From Candidatus Limnocylindrales bacterium (lineage in GTDB: Bacteria; Moduliflexota; Moduliflexia; Moduliflexales; JAUQPW01), in assembly GCA_035559535.1 (NCBI GenBank), contig DATMBG010000046.1, positions 1 through 34,355 of the forward strand: a stretch of DNA of 34,355 nucleotides. Reading direction: 5' to 3'. Shown one piece after another: positions 28,432 through 34,355 of this stretch (position 1 is the first letter of the stretch; each line of letters opens with the position of its first letter). Both the position numbers and the translations under genes were made by a program. The notes under the pieces are model-generated. The model made no database searches, was not told the origin of the DNA, and saw only the letters and a program-made list of their open reading frames with translations.

Positions 28432-28664
28432 GTCTTTTCCGAGTAGTCTAAAGGCGCATGGGAATAGGTGAATAGTCATCACCTTTTTCTATAAAACCCG
28501 ATCAATTTTCCCGTTCCTGTGTTACCGCCTCTTTAAAAGCAAGATAAATCTATAAATACCTTGACAAAACTTAAGAATGGAACTATGGAGGAGTAGAGAT
28601 AAGGAAGTGGGGTAGTCCAAAAAAACTCTTTTACTTCCATTTTCTCGATCAGGAGAGATTTTAT

Positions 28665-29627
28665 ATGTATCGATCTGTTCTCGTACCCCTGGACGGTTCG
28701 ACCTTTGCGGAGCATGCCTTGCCTATTGCGCGAAGTATTGCACGTCGGGCCCCCGCCACCCTTCAACTGGTTTCTGTTCATGTCCCCATTGCAGCCAGAT
28801 ATGTGGATGGGACCGTTCTTTTTGATGAAGCGCTGGATAACCGACTTAAGGAGCATGAACGTGCCTATCTGGATGAAGTGGTCAAACGTCTGTCAGCCGA
28901 TTCAAATGTTTCCCTTACGGCCACCCTGTTAGAAGGAAATTTAGGATCAGTGGTCGATGCTCTTAATGAATATGCAATATCTACCCAGGCAGATTTGATA
29001 GTCATGGCGACCCATGGACGAAGTGCATGGAGTCGTTTTTGGCTGGGTAGCGTAGCAGATAAGCTCGTACGGCAAGTACTTGTACCTATCCTAATGGTTC
29101 GCCCCTCAGAAGCCGGAGAAACTCAGCCAGATCTTACCCGTGAGCAGGTCTTCCAGCACCTGCTTATACCCCTGGATGGATCTTCGCTAGCCGAGCAGAT
29201 CCTTGAACCTGCCTTAACTCTAGGCCAACTGATGCAAGCCGATTATACGTTGTTACGGGTGGTCGAGCCTCCTTTGCCTATAAGCTATCCCCATACAGAA
29301 TACACGACCAAGTTAGAAGAACAATTGTTAAAAGAATGGAAAACAGAAGCCCAGACTTATCTCCATGGCGTTGCTGAACGATTGCAGACCCAGGTAAAAG
29401 AGCAAGATAAGTCACCGCTATCCATTAAAACCAAGGTTACCATCAGCCGATATACAGCTAACTCCATTATCGAAGAAGCAAGCAGCCAGGGAATAGATTT
29501 GATTGCTATGGCTACCCATGGTTATGGTGGGCTTACCCGGGTGGTTATGGGAAGTGTAGCCGATAAGCTCCTGCGAGGAGCTCCTGTACCGGTCCTGCTA
29601 CGCCGTCCCCAGGGCGAAGCATCTTAA
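28665..29627 (+). CDS. Universal stress protein (two USP domains)
   Basis: VLVPLDGS twice, MATHG...LGSVADK twice; AGGAG RBS. Confidence 0.95.
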   Translation: MYRSVLVPLDGSTFAEHALPIARSIARRAPATLQLVSVHVPIAARYVDGTVLFDEALDNRLKEHERAYLDEVVKRLSADSNVSLTATLLEGNLGSVVDALNEYAISTQADLIVMATHGRSAWSRFWLGSVADKLVRQVLVPILMVRPSEAGETQPDLTREQVFQHLLIPLDGSSLAEQILEPALTLGQLMQADYTLLRVVEPPLPISYPHTEYTTKLEEQLLKEWKTEAQTYLHGVAERLQTQVKEQDKSPLSIKTKVTISRYTANSIIEEASSQGIDLIAMATHGYGGLTRVVMGSVADKLLRGAPVPVLLRRPQGEAS

Positions 29628-29641
29628 AAGAAAAATCTACC

Positions 29642-30571
29642 ATGTTTCGTTCTATCCTGGTACCTCTTGATGGTTCAACCCTTGCAGAGCATGCATTGCC
29701 TATAGCCGGTAGTATTGCACGTCGCGCCGGAGCAGAACTTCAATTAGTACATGTCCATGTGCCTGAGGCCCGCTATATTGAGGGTAAAATGGTTTTCAAT
29801 GAAGTACTGGATGCCCGACTCAAAGAGCACCAGCGGGTGTATCTTGAAGAAATAGCCAAAAAGATTCGGTCAGGTTTTCCGGTTACCTGTGTATTACTGG
29901 ATGGGGAGGTGGGTCAGATTGCAGAAAGACTGGATAGCCATATAAAGACTGCAGAGGTGGATTTAGTGGTAATGGCAACCCATGGACGGGGTATGCTGGC
30001 TCGCCTCTGGTTGGGTAGTGTGACCGATAAACTTGTACGGCAGGTAGAAATTCCCCTGGTGCTCATAAGGCCTCAAGAAAAAAAACCCGATCTTACCCAT
30101 GAGCCTGTTTTTCGGCATATACTTATTCCCCTTGACGGTTCAGCCCTTGCTGAACAAATACTGAAGTACGCCGTAACTCTGGGTAAGCTCATGCAGGCTG
30201 ATTATACCCTATTCCATGTGAGGGAACCCTGGATTCCCGTCAGTTACCGACCTGACGAGTACTTTATCGAATTTCAACAATTACGCATCCAAAAAGCTCA
30301 GGCCTATCTGGATGAGATAGCTAAGCGTTTGAGAACGAGGGAAGATGGCCTGACTGAAACGATACAAGTTCAGACAAAAATTGTTATGAGTCATTATCCG
30401 GCTGTAGCTATCTTAGAAGAGGCAAATCAGCATGGGATTGATCTCATTGCCATGGAGACCCATGGTCACGGAGGTCTAATCCGATTACTCATAGGTAGCG
30501 TAGCAGATAAGGTGTTACGAGGTACCTCTATCCCCATCCTCCTTCATCGTCCACACGATAAAACCCCTTGA
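29642..30571 (+). CDS. Universal stress protein (two USP domains), paralog of the upstream gene
   Basis: ILVPLDGS twice, MATHG/METHG...GSV-DK; collinear with the upstream paralog. Confidence 0.95.
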   Translation: MFRSILVPLDGSTLAEHALPIAGSIARRAGAELQLVHVHVPEARYIEGKMVFNEVLDARLKEHQRVYLEEIAKKIRSGFPVTCVLLDGEVGQIAERLDSHIKTAEVDLVVMATHGRGMLARLWLGSVTDKLVRQVEIPLVLIRPQEKKPDLTHEPVFRHILIPLDGSALAEQILKYAVTLGKLMQADYTLFHVREPWIPVSYRPDEYFIEFQQLRIQKAQAYLDEIAKRLRTREDGLTETIQVQTKIVMSHYPAVAILEEANQHGIDLIAMETHGHGGLIRLLIGSVADKVLRGTSIPILLHRPHDKTP

Positions 30572-30602
30572 TGGCACCTCCAGGGTTCTTTAACTTTAAG
30601 GA

Positions 30603-31418
30603 CTACCTTCCCCACAGCCTGATCCGCCAGGTCAGTCCGCCCAGAACTTCCCAATCGGCAGCCTGATTCGTAAGTCTGACACTCCCGCCTAAGTCCCACT
30701 GGATCTCTCTGGTTTGATACTGAAGGCCCAATCGCATCGAGGTTACATTGTTTCTCTTACTACTCAGGGTTTGTCCCGCAATTTCCATAACAAAGTGGAG
30801 TGTAGGAGTCACCGGAAGGATTGATGCGAACCCGAGTAAAAGCACATCATCTTGCTGAGCGGCATGGAAGGGGTTCCCTAAAATACCAAGCCCTGCGTTG
30901 GCATGGAAAGTTACCCCTTGATAGAATTTGGTTACCAGAAGAGAGCTCAAGAAATCGGTCTCATTGGTTCCTAAGCGAGCGGCATCGTCTGCGTTGGGAA
31001 GCTTGGTTCCAAATCTCAACCCTAAAGCGGGATGAGAATCCCTATCTTCTAAAATCTGAATCTTTGTAAAAACCTTTAAATCCCCGCTTCCAAATTTCTC
31101 TCCCACGCCGGGGCTTGATTCATTTAAATACAGAAGTTCATAGTCAAACTGTACCTCCGTTCGCTTATCCACTCCTAAATGAAGGCCTATGACAGGAATT
31201 TCCCAAAGATCTCTATTAAAACGCGGAGCGGATGTGGGAAAGGGAAAACTTTGATTCCGGAGGAAATCAGCTCCCAATTCGATTTCCAAGGTCCCAGGTG
31301 GTAAGGTCATTGCACTTTCTGTACTCAGAGGTCTTTGCCCCGCTGCAAAACTTGCTTTTAGAGGATAAAGCCAGCAGGTGAAACTTAAAAGGAGTGAAAG
31401 GGATAGGCTAAATTTCAC
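30603..31418 (-). CDS. Putative outer-membrane beta-barrel protein (MetA-pathway/transporter-like)
   Basis: Signal peptide ending ASFA, RPLSTESA, GSGDLKVFTK, KLP...LGT, amphipathic strands, aromatic C-terminus. Confidence 0.7.
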   Translation of the reverse strand: MKFSLSLSLLLSFTCWLYPLKASFAAGQRPLSTESAMTLPPGTLEIELGADFLRNQSFPFPTSAPRFNRDLWEIPVIGLHLGVDKRTEVQFDYELLYLNESSPGVGEKFGSGDLKVFTKIQILEDRDSHPALGLRFGTKLPNADDAARLGTNETDFLSSLLVTKFYQGVTFHANAGLGILGNPFHAAQQDDVLLLGFASILPVTPTLHFVMEIAGQTLSSKRNNVTSMRLGLQYQTREIQWDLGGSVRLTNQAADWEVLGGLTWRIRLWGR

Positions 31419-31513
31419 GGGTTCAAGTATAAGATTTGGATTTTAAGAATGTCAAGGAGCTTTATCTAAAATTATTTCTCCTGTTCTTTATCGGCCTTTT
31501 TGCCAGAAGGTTT

Positions 31514-33850
31514 TTACAATGGTTGATTAGAAAGCAATGCATATCCCTGGCGCTCTCTCCAGAGAAAGATACCTGTTTCCTTTTGCAGTTCCAGTGCCAG
31601 AGGCGTTTTCGTTATAATCAAGACTTGTTGAGGTAATTGAACAAGACTTTTGAGTTCTTCTTTACTTCGAGTTTTGATGAAACCGTGTTGTGAATAAAAA
31701 GCAATGCTCGGATTATCCAGTTTCCCATAAACGACGAGTTTTCCATCGGGTCGAATCTGAGTTCTTACCATATTGGCCAGATCGTGTAAAGAACCTTGAA
31801 AGTAGGCATTAACCGGAGGTACAATGGCTGTAAGGGTAATAATATTCACAAGGATCATGGTCAGGACGAGAATCCCGAAGCTGGTCCGTTTAAATTTAGT
31901 TAATGTTAGAGTGCCTCCAATTCCGCCGATCAAAAAAGTTCCGGCTAAAAGCCAGCAACCTAGTCGGATATCCAGAGATTCCATAAAACGGCCCGGATAT
32001 TTCTCGGCCAGTTTGCTTAAAATAAAGGGTGTCATTCCAAATATAAGGGCTAAGCTAAGGGAAGTAAGTCCCAAGATTAGGCGGGATATTTTAATTCCTC
32101 GAACCCCTTTCAGCTCCTCTGAGAGATAATCTGACCACCATCGGCCTGTCAGGATCGCCATGGCCGGAAAGAGGGGAAGTACATAATTGGGAAGCTTGGT
32201 TTTGGCAAAGGTAAAAAAGAGCAATGTGGTGAAAAACCAACTGGTAGCAAGAAAAGAAAGGGGATCTATCTTTGCAGATCGTTTCAGTTCTCCTATTCGG
32301 GTTGAGATAACCCGGCTCAAAGCATGGGGCAAGAAGGTACTCCAGGGAAAAAAGCCCACCAGAATAATCCCCAGGTAAAAATAGATAGGTCCCTTATGCC
32401 CCCGATCTGGCGCCAGATATCGGGTGACATTATGAAAGATAAAAAATTTGTTAATATAATCCCACCCATTTATGGCAATTTCCAGGATGTACCAGGGTCC
32501 GGTAACGGCTAAGAAAAGCAGAATCCCTGAAAAAATCCTCCCTTCCTTTAGGGTCTGTCGCCAGGTATCGGTGGCTATAAGGAAGGGAACGACGGCTAAC
32601 AAGGGAAGAACAACCCCTATAGGTCCTTTCGTGAGGGTTGCCAGAGCCATAAAAATATAACAACTCCTATACCACCATTTTTTGGTTTCGTTTGAGCTCT
32701 GATGACCCAGAAAAAAGGTATACAAGGCTGCTGTAATGAAAAAACAAAGGGTCATATCGGTTACGGCTACATGGGACAGGTAATACATCTCCAGACAAGT
32801 AGATAGGATCAAAGCACCCAGCAAAGCAACCTGGATATCCATCGTCCGTCGAAGAAAATAAAAGGTCATTATAACCAGAGCTACTGCCATGGTAGGAGAC
32901 CAAAAACGGGCTCCGAACTCGTTGACTCCAAAAAGCTTATAAGATAAAGCCATCAGCCAATAAAACAGGATGGGTTTATCATAACGATTGGAGTAGTTAT
33001 ATTGAGGTGTAATCCAGTTTCCGGTTTCCATCATCTCCCGGGTTGCTTCTGAAAATACTGCTTCATCCACATCAAAAAGTGTAAAACCGGTCAGGCCATA
33101 AAAAAAGAGGAACCCGGAGAATAGGATAAGTCCTGGAATGATGAGATAAGCTTTATAAGCCTGAAGTTTTTTAAGAAACGATCTATAGGACCCCATCGGA
33201 TTATCTCCTGGTTGAGTTAAAAAATAGAACATACATCCTCTCCCTATCCACCATCCTAAAATTATACCTGCATATACGTCGGAGGCAAAATGATATTCCA
33301 GGTAAATTCTTGAAAGACTTATGAGAAGGACCAATACATAGAGAGGATATCTTAGTTTGGGGTAGAAGGCTATCAGAACGGTTGCGACAGCAGAAGAACT
33401 TAAGGCATGCCCGGAGGGGAAAGATCCAAAATGACCGGACAGATCTTCCAGATCTCTTGGACCCATGAGAAGCTTTTCTATACTGGTATTAGGACGGGGT
33501 CGTCTTATCAACCATTTAAGGGTTTGGGTTACCAGACCACTTCCGATAAGGGTATAGATTCCTATTTTTCCCAATTTTTTCAGCCGCTCTCTTTTATAGA
33601 AATATCCGCCGGCCAGGAATAAAAGAAATAAAAATATTTGACCACTGCCATCCCCCAGGTAGGTGATATACTTGACGGTTTTAATATTTTTAATGGTTTT
33701 AAGGGTATGAACAAATGCTTGAATAGTCGAATCCAGGTTGAGTAACACAAAAAAGCCACCTAAAATAATCAGGAACCTGAAGATTTTTCGATATCGGTGA
33801 GACATATAGGTATAGAAGCAAGACAAACGATTCGCTAACAACCTACTCAT
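31514..33850 (-). CDS. PAP2 phosphatase / ArnT-like GT-C glycosyltransferase fusion
   Basis: PAP2 motifs KWLIRRPRP, SFPSGH, SRIYLEYHFASDV; ArnT motifs DVDEAVFSEATREM, DKPILFYW, LTKGPIG, FFPWS, TKLPNYVLP. Start uncertain. Confidence 0.9.
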   Translation of the reverse strand: MSRLLANRLSCFYTYMSHRYRKIFRFLIILGGFFVLLNLDSTIQAFVHTLKTIKNIKTVKYITYLGDGSGQIFLFLLFLAGGYFYKRERLKKLGKIGIYTLIGSGLVTQTLKWLIRRPRPNTSIEKLLMGPRDLEDLSGHFGSFPSGHALSSSAVATVLIAFYPKLRYPLYVLVLLISLSRIYLEYHFASDVYAGIILGWWIGRGCMFYFLTQPGDNPMGSYRSFLKKLQAYKAYLIIPGLILFSGFLFFYGLTGFTLFDVDEAVFSEATREMMETGNWITPQYNYSNRYDKPILFYWLMALSYKLFGVNEFGARFWSPTMAVALVIMTFYFLRRTMDIQVALLGALILSTCLEMYYLSHVAVTDMTLCFFITAALYTFFLGHQSSNETKKWWYRSCYIFMALATLTKGPIGVVLPLLAVVPFLIATDTWRQTLKEGRIFSGILLFLAVTGPWYILEIAINGWDYINKFFIFHNVTRYLAPDRGHKGPIYFYLGIILVGFFPWSTFLPHALSRVISTRIGELKRSAKIDPLSFLATSWFFTTLLFFTFAKTKLPNYVLPLFPAMAILTGRWWSDYLSEELKGVRGIKISRLILGLTSLSLALIFGMTPFILSKLAEKYPGRFMESLDIRLGCWLLAGTFLIGGIGGTLTLTKFKRTSFGILVLTMILVNIITLTAIVPPVNAYFQGSLHDLANMVRTQIRPDGKLVVYGKLDNPSIAFYSQHGFIKTRSKEELKSLVQLPQQVLIITKTPLALELQKETGIFLWRERQGYALLSNQPL

Positions 33851-34165
33851 TCATAAACTTCTCGCCCAGAGGGTCTGTCTTGTAGAAAGAAGGATCTTGA
33901 AAAGATCCTGGCTGGTTTAATGGCTTATCTATGGTATCCCAGGCAAACCCGATAACAGAAATATGAATTATTTTAATCCACAGAGCAAGATATCTTTACA
34001 AGAAAAATGAAAAGAGATTTCAAATTTTTGCAGGAAGAGAAAAAACAGAAAGATATAAGGAGTTTTAGACAGAAGCTACCCTGCAAAGGGAGTAAGGAAG
34101 GTGGGAGTTTAGAAGGTTTTAGTTATCCATTATTCTTTCCGGTAGGAACAAAAATCAAAAAAAGA

Positions 34166-34283
34166 TCCCAGCGACGACCTACTCTCCCACAGGGTCCCCC
34201 CTGCAGTACCATCAGCGCTGAAGGGCTTAACTTCCGTGTTCGGAATGGTAACGGGTGTTTCCCCTTCGCTATGGTCACTGGGA
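34166..34283 (-). rRNA. rrf: 5S ribosomal RNA
   Basis: Reverse complement contains the 5S hallmarks CCATTCCGAACACGGAAGTTAAGC...GATGGTACTG...TGGGAGAGTAGGTCGTCGC, with complementary termini. Confidence 0.97.
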
Positions 34284-34300
34284 TCTTCTTCTCCTGGCTT

Positions 34301-34331
34301 GGTGGGGGCCTTTTCTCCCAAGGCCCCCACC
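34301..34331. other. GC-rich hairpin in the spacer upstream of 5S
   Basis: GGTGGGGGCCT...AGGCCCCCACC. Confidence 0.6.
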
Positions 34332-34355
34332 TCCCAACTTTAACCGTGAGCCACC

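Noticed and set aside
28533..28856. 107-aa minus-strand ORF
   Set aside because: Antisense overlap with the USP gene and no recognisable motifs
34130..34330. 66-aa minus-strand ORF
   Set aside because: Overlaps the 5S rRNA; spurious translation

Overview
A 34.4-kb bacterial chromosomal window, probably from a diderm (ArnT-like gene, beta-barrel, sigma-54 system); the taxon cannot be assigned from sequence alone. Left end: the 5' part of a cobalamin-binding protein (probably a B12-dependent radical SAM enzyme, absent from the ORF track), divergent from an unusual pseudo-receiver/winged-helix/Cys-rich GAF-like regulator, with a four-copy direct repeat between them. Next come a SPASM/twitch radical SAM, a GT2 glycosyltransferase and a large membrane protein with a spermidine-synthase-like SAM domain. 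Middle: a korA-korB-CBS operon, corA, an operon of 2-hydroxyacid dehydrogenase, orphan sugar-binding protein and hybrid histidine kinase, and a glnB-glnA-ntrB-ntrC cluster with a sigma-54 promoter and candidate NtrC boxes. Right: a small hypothetical protein, a tandem pair of uncharacterised radical SAM enzymes, a membrane-anchored nucleoside hydrolase-like protein, an aldo/keto reductase, tandem USP genes behind a consensus sigma-54 promoter, a beta-barrel, a PAP2-ArnT fusion and a 5S rRNA. Several intergenic palindromic repeats are present. I saw no transposase, CRISPR array or tRNA. The best candidates for undescribed systems are the regulated radical SAM/glycosyltransferase locus (1-6750), the radical SAM pair (22860-25294) and the binding-protein/kinase sensing module (11897-16860). 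All calls come from motif recognition by eye; no searches were run.
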